From: Octopus sinensis
Taxonomy: Eukaryota
Assembly: GCF_006345805.1 (NCBI RefSeq)
Contig: NC_043014.1
Span: 27,466,001 to 27,530,000 of the forward strand
DNA length: 64,000 bases
Direction of reading: 5' to 3'
Below, piece after piece: positions 26,524 to 38,459 of the stretch. The notes under the pieces were generated by a model. It worked only from the letters and a program-made list of their open reading frames with translations, did not search any database and was not told the origin of the DNA. The position numbers were made by a program, and so were the translations under genes. The stretch's first letter is position 1, and each line of letters starts with the position of its first letter.

Positions 26524-26604
26524 CGTATGTGTGTGTGTGTGTATGTGTGTGTATATGTATGCATGTATATATGTGAATATATATGTGTACATATTACATG
26601 TACA

Positions 26605-26655
<51 letters not shown>

Positions 26656-27230
26656 CTACATATATACATGTATACATCTATATGTATAGAAATAAATGTT
26701 TACATATACAGCTATACACACACACATACATAGGTGCAGGTGTGGCTGTGTGGTAACAAACTTTGTTCCAAAACACATGGTCCTGGGTTTAAATTTAAAA
26801 TAATATGGGTGAGAAATTGAATATTAATTTGATTAATATGAATTGAAAACCAGTGGTGTAGCATATAAGACCATAGTGGATCTTCTTCTAGCAAAATGGA
26901 TGTCCACTGTTAATGGTTCATTCCTCTTATATAATAGCTTGACTTTAATAGTTTCAGTATTAAAGTGAAAGTACCTGACATTACAATAGAGAGATTTTTT
27001 TCTTTCACTTTTAACACGTAATACTGAAATAGTGGAGGAGATATGATATTGCTGTGGGCTCACCCTAGGCAAGAAGTTAGAAATTTGCCCATGACACTAC
27101 ATGGACCCTAAGTAAGGCATGTGTAAAATTTGAATGAAATTGGTTGTGTAGTTCTCAAGTTTTAGGAATTCACACAGACAGAAAGACAGACACACATTCT
27201 CAGTTTATATATATATATATATATTATATG

Positions 27231-27608
27231 TAGAAAAATACAAACTGGGACAAGAACGTAAAACATTTAGAAGACGATACAAAAAACACGGAAGGGACAT
27301 TCGAAGCCTTCAATCTTCAGTCAAGAACCAGATCATCCTAGCAATTTCGGCTGATTAATCTTGAGATCGCTCCGATCCGGCCAGCCCCAAGGAAAAACTA
27401 AGCTACGAGCATTAGATTTCTTGGAAGGATCGAATGTATACGAAAGAGGGACAGAAAAACGAACGATGTCACACGAATATAAAATACAAAAAACAATAAT
27501 GGTAAAAACTGGACAAAAACAGCGGGTGTCTTACGACTAATAAACAGTACAACAAGTTTAGCTGGCGTATTTGGAAGAAATACCTTTATCGGCAGACAAA
27601 GACAACGA
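27231..27608 (-). mobile_element. Short CpG-rich (TA)n-embedded element, possibly pLTR-derived
   Basis: Bounded by (TA)n; the minus strand has GAAA upstream of CTGAAGA, but pairing is not clean. Confidence 0.35.
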
Positions 27609-27690
27609 TATATATATATATATATGTATGTATGTATGTGTATGTATGTATGTATGTATATGTATCTATGTATATGTATCTATGTATATG

Positions 27691-27722
<32 letters not shown>

Positions 27723-27764
27723 TATATATGTATGTATATATATATATATATATGTATGTATATA

Positions 27765-28296
27765 GAAGACCTGTTGAGGCAAGTGAAAATCAAATCAAAA
27801 CAAATCAAAATAGATGAACATCAATGGAATTTGTATCTTTGTGGTACCAGTGCCGGTGGCACACAAGAAAACCATCCGAACGTGGCCATAGCCAGTACCG
27901 CATCGCCTGGCCTCCGTGCTGTGGGCACGTAACAAACACCATCCGATCGTGGCCGTTCGCCAGCCTCATCTGGCACCTGTGTCGGTGGCACATAAAAACA
28001 CCATCCGAGCGTGGCCGTCTGCCAGCCTCGTCTGGCACCTGTGTCGGTGGCACATAAAAAAAACACCATCCGAGCGTGGCCGTTCGCCAGCCTCGTCTGG
28101 CACCTGTGTCGGTGGCACATAAAATCACCCACTACACTCTCAGAGTGGTTGGCGTTAGGAAGGGCATCCAGCTGTAGAAACACTGCCAGATCTGACTGGC
28201 CTGGTGCAGCCTTCGGGCTCCCCAGACCCCAGTTGAACCGTCCAACCCATGCTAGCATGGAAAGCGGACGTTAAATGATGATGATGATGATGATGA
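27765..28296 (+). mobile_element. RTE family B 3' UTR only, with ~59-bp tandem repeats and (GAT)n tail
   Basis: Repeated gtgtcggtggcacataaaaacaccatccgagcgtggccgt..gccagcctcgtctggcac; terminal ccatgctagcatgg palindrome. Confidence 0.85.
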
Positions 28297-28720
28297 TATA
28301 TATGTATGTATATATACATATATGTATGTATATATACATTATGTATGTATATATATATATATATGTATATATATATGTATGTATATATACATATATATAT
28401 GTATGTATATATACATATATATATATGTATGTATATATACATATATATATGTATGTATATATACATATATATATATGTATGTATATATACATATATATAT
28501 GTATATATATATGTATGTATATATACATATATATATGTATGTATATATACATATATATATATGTATGTATATATACATATATATATATGTATGTATATAT
28601 ACATATATATATGTATGTATATATACATATATATGTATGTATATATACATATATATGTATGTATATATACATATATATGTATGTATATATACATATATAT
28701 ATGTATATATACATATATAT
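28297..28720. repeat. Compound TA/TATG/TACA microsatellite (~26-30-bp higher-order unit)
   Basis: Repeated gtatgtatatatacatatatatat. Confidence 0.95.
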
Positions 28721-28721
28721 A

Positions 28722-28865
28722 GTTGAAATTTACAGAAAAACAAAAGACGAAGACAGGTGTATAAACAAGAAGTAGATGTATTAGTTTGACACTTGGGAAG
28801 GTGAGAATATCTTCTATGTTTCGAGCCTATGCTCTTCAACAGAAACGAACATGAGGAAATAAGCA
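28722..28865 (-). mobile_element. Short element with a hammerhead-like core (same family as 16523)
   Basis: Minus strand CTGTTGA-A-GAGC-atag-GCTC-GAAAC-ATA at about 28812-28845. Confidence 0.55.
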
Positions 28866-28943
28866 TTATATATAAAATATCATCATCTTCATCATTGTTG
28901 GTTAACGTCCGCTTTCCATGCTGGCATGGGTTGAATGGTTTGA

Positions 28944-29006
<63 letters not shown>

Positions 29007-29024
29007 GTATATATATATATTATA

Positions 29025-29832
29025 CTAGCAGTACTACCCGGCTCGTGTGTTCTATGCACGCGCGAATTAAGCTAAACTTGGATGAAGTTCAATCAAAATT
29101 CAATTATTTTGGTTTTAAAATCAAGCATTTAATGCCCTCTATTTTTGCGCTTATGTGTTCCATTTCCTGAATAGGAAGTACGTAGAAGTGTTTCATAAAT
29201 TTTTGTTGATCAAATAATTGCATTGTTGAATTATTCTTTTAGATCAGTATTTCTCAACGAGGATTTCAGGGGAGAGTTTCAGGGAGTCGCTGGCGATGTA
29301 TCGTGATGATCAAAAATTCGGCCTGCTAAAATTTGGTTAAAGTGATTCAAACTGCAGACTCAACTCAAAATAATCACGTTTAATTCAAAGCGTTAAAAAT
29401 GTTATGAAAACAATTGGTATGTGTTCACAAAGTTCAAACGATTAATACGAAAAAACCCTCCAGGCTACATCCCGAAAATTCATTTCTTTGCCGAATGTTT
29501 ACGGCAATTCATTTTTATATCTTGATTTTTTATTTTTCATGTAATTTATGCATGCCTGCGCGTGTGGTGAACACAGTTCATGTCAAACAGCTGACTAAGT
29601 AAATTCACTATTCAATGCATGGGATAAGGCCTAAACAAACACATTATTGATTTTTGCTCTTGCGAGATGAATTTCGGAACAGAAATAGTGCAGTTCAATT
29701 TTCATTCGCCTAAACTTTAAGCGACCCATTTTTGGTGGTTCTACGATTTGTTGGCTAGGAGGAGATGTGCCGGGAAGTTAAACACACAGACACACACACA
29801 GATACACAAGTTGAGTTTTATATATATGTAGA
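29025..29832 (-). mobile_element. Non-autonomous Helitron-like element
   Basis: Minus strand 5' A|TC and 3' GC-rich stretch then CTAG|T; the + strand start tactagcag..acccgg matches 24355. Confidence 0.6.
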
Positions 29833-29854
29833 TATATATTTTATATATATATAT

Positions 29855-29855
<1 letters not shown>

Positions 29856-29889
<34 letters not shown>

Positions 29890-32312
29890 TTAGCGTCCGT
29901 TTTCCATGCTAGCATGGGTTGGACGGTTCTACTGGGGTCTGTGAAGCCAGAAGGCTTCATCAGGCCCAGTCAAATCTGGCAGTGTTTCTACGGCTGGATG
30001 CCCTTCCTAACGCCAACCACTCCGTGAGTGTAGTGGGTGCTTTTTACGTGCCACCCGCACTGGTGCCAGACAGAGCTGGCAAACGGCCACGAACGGATGG
30101 TGCTTTTTATGTGCCACCGGCACGAGGGCCAGGCGAGGCTGGCAACGGACACGAAACGGGGCGGTGCTGGCAACGGTCGCGAAACGGAAAGTTCTCTTAC
30201 ATGCCACCGGCACTGGTAACACATCTGCAATTTCCATTGATCGATTTCGATTCTGATCCTCACTTGCCTCAATGGGTCTTCACAAGCAGAGTTTCGACAT
30301 GCCACCGGCACTGGTAGCACATCCGCAATTTCCATTGATCGATTTCGATTCTGATCCTCACTTGCCTCAACACGTCTTCACAAGTAGAGTTTTGTGTCCC
30401 AAGAAGGGAAGGTATGCATACGTAGGCTGGCTCCATCCCATGTAGAAGGCCACGGGTTGTGGACTCACTTGTCCTGCCGGGTCTTCTCGCGCACAGCACA
30501 CTTCCAGAGGTCTCGGTCGCTAGTCATTTCCTCAGTGAGACCTAAAGTTCGAAGGTCGTGCTTCACCACCTCGTCCCAGGTTTTCCTGGGTCTGCCTCTT
30601 CCACAGGTTCCCTCAACCGCTAGGGTGTGGCACTTTTTCACACAACTATCTTCATCCATTCTCGCCACATGACCATACCAGCGCAAACGTCTCTCTTGCA
30701 CACCACAACTGATGCTTCTTAGGTCCAGCTTTTCTCTCAAGGTACTTACACTCTGCCGAGTGTGAGTACCGGCATTACACATCCATCGGAGCATACTGGC
30801 TTCATTTCTAGCGAGCTTACGCATATCCTCAGCAGTCACGGCCCATGTTTCACTGCCATGTAGCATGGCTGTTCGTACACACGCATCATACAGTCTGCCT
30901 TTCACTCTGTGCGAGAGGCCTTTTGTCACCAGCAGAGGTAAGAGCTCTCTGAACTTTGCCCAAGCTATTCTTACTCTAGCAGTTACACTTTCAGCACACC
31001 CGCCCCCGCTGCTGACTTGGTCACCTAGGTAACGGAAACTATCAACTATTTCTAGTTTTTCTCCCTGGAAAGTGACGGAAGTTGGTCTCAGAGCATTTTC
31101 AGTGTTTATTGTTCCTGAGCATCTGCCACATACAAAAACCATCTTCCTAGTTAGCCTTCCTTTGACATTGCTGCATCTCTTATGTGTCCATAGCTTACAC
31201 TTGGTGCATCTTATAGAGTTTCTACCTACACCTTTTCTACAGATCGAGCAGGCCCATCTACCTGAAGTGTTTGTGATTTGTCTACCTTCCTACTGATTAC
31301 GACTTTGGTTTTAGCTAGATTGACTCTGAGACCCTTCGATTCTAATCCTTGTTTCCACACCTGAAACTTCTCCTCCAGTTCTGATAGCGACTCAGCAATT
31401 AGAGCAAGGTCATCAGCATAGAGGAGCTCCCAAGGGCATCCTGTCTTGAATTCCTCCGTTATTGCCTGGAGGACTATGATAAATAGGAGGGGGCTGAGTA
31501 CTGAGCCTTGGTGGACCCCTACCTCTACCCGGAATTCTTCACTGTACTCATTTCCAACCCTCACCCTACTAGCGGCGTCCCTATACATGGCCCGCACAGC
31601 TCTCACTAACCATTCATCTATCCCTAGTTTTCTCATTGCCCACCAGATAAGGGATCGGGGGACCCTGTCGAAGGCTTTCTCCATGTCAACAAAAGCCAGG
31701 TACAGGGGCTTATCTTTGGCTAGGTATTTCTCCTGCAGCTGCCTTACCAGGAATATAGCATCAGTAGTACTTTTCCCTGGCACAAACCCAAACTGCATCT
31801 CATCTAAACTAACTCTCTCTCTAATTAGTTGGGCTATGACCCTCTCCGTAACCTTCATCACCTGGTCCAACAGCTTGATACCTCTGTAGTTATTTGTATC
31901 TAGGGCATCACCTTTACCTTTGTAGCAGTTGACTATTATACTGCTACACCAGTCATTGGGTATGACCCCTTTGTGTATCACCTGATTAACTATATGGGTG
32001 ACTAGGCTATAGCCGACACTACCAGACATTTTGAGCATCTCTGCAGTGATTCCTGATGGGCCTGGGGCTTTCCCTGTCTTCATGCTTCTAATTGCCTTAG
32101 CTACCACAGAACTATCAACTCGGATAGCTGGTCCCTCTGTTGGGTCAACATTCGGCAGACTCTCTTTATCCCATTCATTTTCTTCATTCAGCAACCTTTC
32201 ATAGTGGCATCTCCAAACCTCTCTCTTTGCATCCTCATTTAGCGCAAGTGAACCATCTTCCATGCGAACACACTTCTCTCCTACCACATCACGATTCTCT
32301 CTCACACACTGT
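29856..32312 (-). mobile_element. Young 5'-truncated RTE LINE (family B): RT, PHD insert and 3' UTR
   Basis: ORFs 31226..32305 (QFGFVPGKST, FVDMEKAFD, GVHQGSVLSP, LLYADD) and 30465..31142 are joined by a single 1-bp frameshift near 31267; (CAT)n tail at 29856-29889. Confidence 0.95.
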
Positions 32313-32484
32313 CTTATATATAATATATAATTTTTTACAACTAAAAATAAGGGTGTCTGAGAGACACCACCATGCCGAAATAGCAGTCAAATCCCTGACT
32401 CTAAAAACCACCTTAAATGTTCATATCACACCATGAGATAAGACAGGGGGACAAAATAGACTAGCAAAAAGATATTACTGAATA

Positions 32485-32543
32485 ATTCAAGATCCTGGAT
32501 TTCTAGCTTTCCTTCAAATACGCTCTGCCTTCATCAGTTGAAT
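32485..32543 (-). ncRNA. Type I hammerhead ribozyme, AUC site
   Basis: Minus strand attcaa-CTGATGA-aggc...gcta-GAAA-TCCAGG-ATC-ttgaat; perfect 6-bp stem I, near-palindromic ATCCAGGAT stem III, weak stem II. Confidence 0.7.
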
Positions 32544-32837
32544 ATATCAGATGGGCACATAAATACAAATATATATATATACAGTACCTTTGTATTGTGA
32601 CAATCCTTTCCTATCTACCTAAATTTCTTTATATGGAACCTTGACATCTATTTCACCCCTATTTCTATAAATAGAAAATCTTTGTTGTCTCCTTTCATTT
32701 GTCCATTCTTCTCAGAACCTTCTCCACTATCTCAAATGTTCTTAAAATTTAAATCAACATCTTTGTCTATATACCTACCTTCTTTATAATGTTATCACAT
32801 GATATGAAAAAATTATGTATTAATGGAAAACCTCTAT

Positions 32838-32930
32838 TAATGGCTGATGAGTGCTCAGCATTTTTAAAACTGTTGTAATACTTACAACATTTAATAAAGT
32901 GATGTAGTATGAAACGATCGTACCAAATTA
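32838..32930 (+). ncRNA. Type I hammerhead ribozyme, GUA site
   Basis: taatgg-CTGATGA (32844-32850); long stem II (gtgct..tgttgtaa/ttacaaca..agtat); GAAA 32911-32914; palindromic ACGATCGT; GTA; cca.atta. Confidence 0.82.
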
Positions 32931-33046
32931 CCGAAGTTATTCTTGTTGCTTATTTTTATATATATATATATATATTATATATATATATATATTATATATA
33001 TTATATATATATTATATATAGATATATATATATATATATATATATA

Positions 33047-34080
33047 AGACATGCCCTCAGTTGCTAAGATGGCCACCCTTGCTAGTTATGCAGATAACAC
33101 AAAAGTCTCCCACACAATACAAAACCCTGGAAATATTGCTCATCTGCAACAGGAGTTGGATACAATATACAGGTGGGCTGAGGACAACAACATGCAGTTT
33201 AATGCAAGTAAGTTCCAGGCCCTGCGCTACCGGCACACAAAGGTAAACGACATGCAGACTGGATACACTGGCCTGGGAAGAATTGTAATTCCTGAGTCAA
33301 AATCAGTGCGTGACCTAGGCATTGACATGAGCAATGATGCATCTTTCCAAGTGCATATTACTAATTTGGTGATAAAATGCAGACGGCTAGCTGGATGGAT
33401 TCTCCGAACTTTCAGAACAAGAGAGGAGACACTGATGGTCCTGTGGAAAACTTTCGTCCTCAGCCACTTGGACTACTGCTCCCAACTATGGTCACCACAC
33501 AATATAAAGCTAACAGCAGAACTAGAAGCAATTCAAAGTAGCTACACTAAGAAGATTGTCTCAATGCAACATATCAGCTACTGGGAAAGACTGAAAGTAT
33601 TAAAACTCTTCTCCCTAGAGCGAAGGCGAGAGAGATATGCAGTGATATACATCTGGAAAATCCTGGAGGGTCTTGTCCCAAACTTTGGCATTCAAAGTTA
33701 CCCCAACCGCAGAATGGGGCGCCACTGCATGGTGCCAAAGATTCCAACATCACCATCAAAATACAGGACCAGATACTGCAACAGCTTGGGTTTCAGAGGA
33801 CCACAGCTTTTCAACACACAGCTCTTCAACATCCTCCCTAAATGCCTGAGAGACTTGCATGGTGTGGATGTGGGTTTCTTTAAAACTAAACTGGATCTCT
33901 TCTTGTTGGAAGTCCCAGATGAACCTACCTCTCGTCAGGAGACACAGATGCGGGCAGCGGCATCGAACTCCCTTGTTGACCAAGTGCCACATATCAGAGG
34001 TGGATTCACATATTAGTGTAGCTCATTCAGCGGTGGTTCCCCAGCATGGCCGCAGCCTTCGGGCTGAAACATTTTTAAGG
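33047..34080 (+). mobile_element. CR1-group LINE, 5'-truncated (RT C-terminal half and 3' UTR)
   Basis: ORF 33051..34016 with YADN, RDLG, LDYCSQLWSP, LERRRERY; inserted in (TA)n. Confidence 0.9.
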
Positions 34081-34086
34081 ATATAC

Positions 34087-34133
<47 letters not shown>

Positions 34134-34212
34134 CCTTCCTTCCTGAGCGTCCAATAATACTATAGTTGTTCCACGTCCTCGCATTATTGTGTTTTCTCTT
34201 TGTGTTTTCATG

Positions 34213-36180
34213 AGATCGAAAAAAGGAGAAAGCAGACAAAGAAGCCTGGGTTATAAAAGATATTAAATTAAACCCAAAGGCCTTCTTTCATTACGCGAAA
34301 GAAACAGTCTCAGTGCACTACAAGATAGGACCCCTCCTCCAAAAGGATGGCTCCCTCACAGACAGTCCAACTAAGATCAGTGAGATGCTGAATGACCAGT
34401 TCAAAAGTGTCTTTACCACCCCATTGGAACACAGACAAGTGAACGAACCAGTGGACTTCTTTGCCACCTCACCTATAACCAGCGAGGCGGTTACAATAGA
34501 ATGTATTGACATTAGCGAAAAAGATGTCCTACTAGCCATAGATGAAGTGGACACAAACTCAGCTGCTGGTTTCCCAGCCATCCTCCTCAAAGCGTGTAAG
34601 CAATCCCTGGAAAAACCCCTCAAGATTCTCTTCCAGAGCTTTCTTGCGAATGGCAAACTGCCAAGCAAGCTGAAGGAGGGAATAATATGCCCAATACATA
34701 AAGGGGGAAGTAGAGCATATGCCAAAATCTATAGGCCTATCTCTCTGACTTCACACATCAGCAAAGTCATGGAACGGATAGTCAGAAAGAAACTAATCGC
34801 ATTCCTTGAGGAAAATAACTTGCTGAGTGATACCCAGCATGGTTTTCGACCAGGTAGGAGCTGCCTGACCCAGCTCTTACAACATTATGACTGGGTGTTG
34901 AGGCAGTTACTCAACAAATCAAATGTGGACATAATCTACCTTGATTTTGCAAAAGCTTTTGACAAGGTGGATCATGGTATGATATGCCACAAACTGCGTG
35001 ACCTCGGCATCGCTGGAAAACTTGGAGCGTGGTTACATGATTTCCTGAAAGATAGGAGTCAGGCGGTAGTGGTTAATGAAGCCACCTCTATGAACACACA
35101 AATAGTGAGCGGTGTTCCACAGGGCACTGTCTTGGGACCACTGCTTTTTATAGTGGCCCTCTCAGATATGCCCTCAAATGCCCGGATAGCCACTCTAGCC
35201 AGCTATGCAGACGATACGAAAGTCTCGCAGAAAATACAGAACCCCAGCGATGTTGCACACCTGCAGCAGGAGTTGGACTCAATCTACAGATGGGCTGAGG
35301 ATAATAATATGCAGTTTAATGCTGAAAAGTTCCAGGCCCTGCACTACCAGCATCCAAAACTGAATATTAAACTTACAGGATACACCGGTCCACAGGGAAT
35401 TTCAATCCCAGAGCCTAAGTCTGTGAGGGACCTGGGTATCGATATGAGTGATGATACCTCTTTCCAAGTGCACATTACCAGGATGGCGACAAAGTGCAGA
35501 CGACTGGCTGGGTGGATCCTAAGAACATTCAGAACCAGAGATAAGGAAACCATGATGGTCCTCTGGTGGACATTCGTCCTCAGCCGCCTGGATTACTGCT
35601 CACAGCTATGGTCACCCACCAGTGTAAAATTAACAACGGACCTTGAAGCAATCCAGAAAAGATTCACAAAGAAGATCGTCTCTTTGCAACAGCTCAGCTA
35701 CTGGGAAAGGTTGAAACAGCTAAGACTCTACTCCCTGGAGAGAAGACGGGAGAGGTATGCAGTAATATACGTTTGGAAGATCCTGGAAGGAATTGTGCCA
35801 AATTTTGGCATTGTAAGCTACACCAATGCTAGAACGGGACGACACTGCATAGTGCCAAAGATCCCAGCTATGCCATCATGCTTCAGGACCAGCTTCTGCA
35901 ACAGCCTGGGTTTCAAGGGCCCACAGGTTTTTAATATTCTCCCAAAGAGTCTGAGGAACTTGCACAAAGTAGATGTAGCAGTTTTTAAATCAAAGCAGGA
36001 CATCTTCCTGTCAAGAGTCCCAGATGAACCTACCTCACAGCAAGAGGTACAAATGAGAGTAGCTATATCAAACTTCATTCTTCACCAAGTGCCACATATT
36101 AGATGAGGTTCTTCGTAATAACAGTGTAGCACAAAATGGCGGTGCATCAGCATGGCCACAGCTCTGAGCCGAAACTAGAG
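34213..36180 (+). mobile_element. CR1-group LINE, 5'-truncated, uninterrupted RT frame
   Basis: Frame is open from about 34214 (IKLNPKAFFHYAK) to 36106; 3' tail ggcggtgcatcagcatggccacagctctgagccgaaac. Confidence 0.93.
34313..36106 (+). CDS. Non-LTR reverse transcriptase (CR1-group ORF2, endonuclease missing)
   Basis: 597 aa without stops: YRPISLTS, QHGFRPGRSC, LDFAKAFDKV, SGVPQGTVLGP, YADD. Confidence 0.85.
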   Translation: MHYKIGPLLQKDGSLTDSPTKISEMLNDQFKSVFTTPLEHRQVNEPVDFFATSPITSEAVTIECIDISEKDVLLAIDEVDTNSAAGFPAILLKACKQSLEKPLKILFQSFLANGKLPSKLKEGIICPIHKGGSRAYAKIYRPISLTSHISKVMERIVRKKLIAFLEENNLLSDTQHGFRPGRSCLTQLLQHYDWVLRQLLNKSNVDIIYLDFAKAFDKVDHGMICHKLRDLGIAGKLGAWLHDFLKDRSQAVVVNEATSMNTQIVSGVPQGTVLGPLLFIVALSDMPSNARIATLASYADDTKVSQKIQNPSDVAHLQQELDSIYRWAEDNNMQFNAEKFQALHYQHPKLNIKLTGYTGPQGISIPEPKSVRDLGIDMSDDTSFQVHITRMATKCRRLAGWILRTFRTRDKETMMVLWWTFVLSRLDYCSQLWSPTSVKLTTDLEAIQKRFTKKIVSLQQLSYWERLKQLRLYSLERRRERYAVIYVWKILEGIVPNFGIVSYTNARTGRHCIVPKIPAMPSCFRTSFCNSLGFKGPQVFNILPKSLRNLHKVDVAVFKSKQDIFLSRVPDEPTSQQEVQMRVAISNFILHQVPHIR

Positions 36181-36191
36181 GGAAAAAAAAA

Positions 36192-36238
<47 letters not shown>

Positions 36239-36243
36239 TATAT

Positions 36244-36281
<38 letters not shown>

Positions 36282-36409
36282 TATTTTTTCTTTCAGCTCA
36301 GAGCTGCGGCCATGCTGATGCACCGCCGTTTTGTACTACACTGTTATTACTAAGAGCCTCCTCTAATATGTGGCACATATTATGAGGAACAGTGCCTTGG
36401 CCACCAATA

Positions 36410-37572
36410 CAGTTATCTCTTGCACACCACATCTGATTCCTCTTATGCCTAACTTTCCTCTCAAGATGCTTACACTCTGTCGAACATGCACACTGACATT
36501 GCACATTTAGTCAAGCATACTGGCTTCATTTCTCTCAAGTCTACACATGTTTCACTGCTCTGCAGTATAGTTGTTCGCACACAGGCATCATACAATCTGT
36601 CTTTCACTCTGAGAGAGAGATGCCCTTTGTTGCCAGCAGGGGTAGGAGCTCTCTGAACTTTGCCTTCTCACAGCTACACTCTCAGGACAACTACCTCCAC
36701 TACTAACCTGGTCACCCAGATACCAGAAACTGTCTACTACCTCTAGCTTGCCCCCCTTGTTGATGGGGTCTATTTCTCGCACATGTTCAACATTTATTAT
36801 GCCTGTGCTCCTTCCACATATAAAAGTTAGTTTTCCTGTTAACCTTCCTTTGATGTTGCTGCACCTTTTTTGTGTCCAAAGCTTACACTGGGTGCATCTT
36901 ATGGAGTTTCTATCTACACCTTTTCTACAGATTGAGCAGAGCCATCTATCTGAGAGGATTTGTGATTTGTCTGCCTTCCTACTTACTATGACTTTGTTTT
37001 TTACTAGGTTAACTCTAAGACTCTTTGAGTCTAGACCCTGATTCTATACCTGGAACTTCTCTAACTCAGGTAGTGATTCAGCTATAAGAGCAAGGTCATC
37101 AGCATAGATGAGCTCCCAGGGGCAGCCTGTCTTGAATTTCTGTTATTGCCTGGAAGACTATGATGAACTAGAGGGACTGAGCACCAATCCTTGGTGAACT
37201 CCTACTTGTACCTTGAATTCTACACTGTACATTGTCCATCCTCACCTTACTGGTAGCGTCTCTGTACAAGGCTTGTACATCTCTCACCATCCACTCGTCT
37301 ATCCTTTGTTTCCGCACTGACCACCAGATAAAAGATCAGGGCACTCTGTCGAAGGCTTTATCCATGTCAACATAAGCCAAGTACAGAGGTTAATCTTTGG
37401 CTAGGTATTTCTCCTACAATTACCTTACTAGAAATATAGCATCAGTGGTGCTTCTACCTAGCACAAAGCCAAACTGCATCTCATCTAGACTAAATCTCTC
37501 CCTGATTAGTTGGGATATGATTCTCTCCACAACTTTCATCACTTCATCCAACAGTTTGATACTTCTGTAATT
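36410..37572 (-). mobile_element. Older RTE family B copy (RT plus PHD insert), decayed
   Basis: Nucleotide similarity to 30700-31890; stops and deletions. Confidence 0.85.
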
Positions 37573-37584
37573 ATATATATATAC

Positions 37585-37953
37585 AAGCACAGGAGTGGTT
37601 GTGTGGTAAGTAGCTTGCTTACCAACTACATGGTTCCAGGTTCAGTCCCACTGTGTGGCACCTTGAGCAAGTGTCTTCTACTATAACCTTGGGCTGGCCA
37701 AAGCCTTGTGAGTGGATTTGGTTGACAAACTGAAAGAAGCCTGTCACACACACACACATATATATATGTCTGTCTGTCTGTGTTTGTCCCCTACCATCGC
37801 TTGACAACCGATGTTGGTGTGTTTACATTCCTGTAACCTAGCAGTTCCAAAAAAGAGACCCAAAGAAGAAGTCTTGGGGTTGATTTGTTTGACTAAAGGC
37901 AGTACTCCAGTATAGCCACAGTCAAATGACTGAAACAAATACAAGGAAACAAA

Positions 37954-37955
<2 letters not shown>
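37585..37955 (+). mobile_element. SINE family A full copy
   Basis: A-box-like tggttgtgtgg, B-box-like ggttcagtccc, tail ccacagtcaaatgactgaaaca. Confidence 0.85.
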
Positions 37956-38006
<51 letters not shown>

Positions 38007-38010
<4 letters not shown>

Positions 38011-38306
38011 ACAACAATTGGAGCGTGGAAGGTGTTTATAAGCCATTTAAAAACACACAAAAACCGTTAGATTCACTTCGACATTTAAATTTAATTTGCC
38101 AAAATATTTTCTTCACTTTAAGACCGCGACCTGTTCACTGCCAAAATTCCATGATACACCATGGAATTTTATCAGTGAACAGGTCGCGGTCTCAAAGCGA
38201 CAAAAATATTTTGGCAAATTAAATTTAAATGTTGAAGTGAATCTAACGGTTTTTGTGTGTTTCTTAAATGGCTTATAATGGCTTCCATGCTGCAATTGTT
38301 TTTGTT
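38007..38306. repeat. ~300-bp near-perfect palindrome (foldback)
   Basis: Arms of ~145 bp around a 6-nt loop atacac (38154-38159). Confidence 0.92.
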
Positions 38307-38412
38307 ACAGCACAAGATCTTAGATCAGGTCACTTGGTATGCATGTACATCTGTATGTATGTATATATATATATATATATATAAAATGCATTATAAACAA
38401 CAACAGATAAAA

Positions 38413-38459
<47 letters not shown>

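Noticed and set aside
27845-28130. CRISPR-like repeat array with palindromes
   Set aside because: No unique spacers and no cas genes; it is the tandemly repeated 3' UTR of an RTE LINE in eukaryotic DNA.
28155-28866. Long Y/I/M/C/H-rich ORFs here and at other (TA)n tracts
   Set aside because: They are stop-free translations of microsatellites.
30199-30392. ~99-bp direct duplication
   Set aside because: Ordinary slippage duplication inside the RTE 3' UTR.
31446-31889. Antisense ORFs over LINEs (also 34318, 35344, 35818, 52891)
   Set aside because: Shadow frames of reverse transcriptase or ORF1 sequence.
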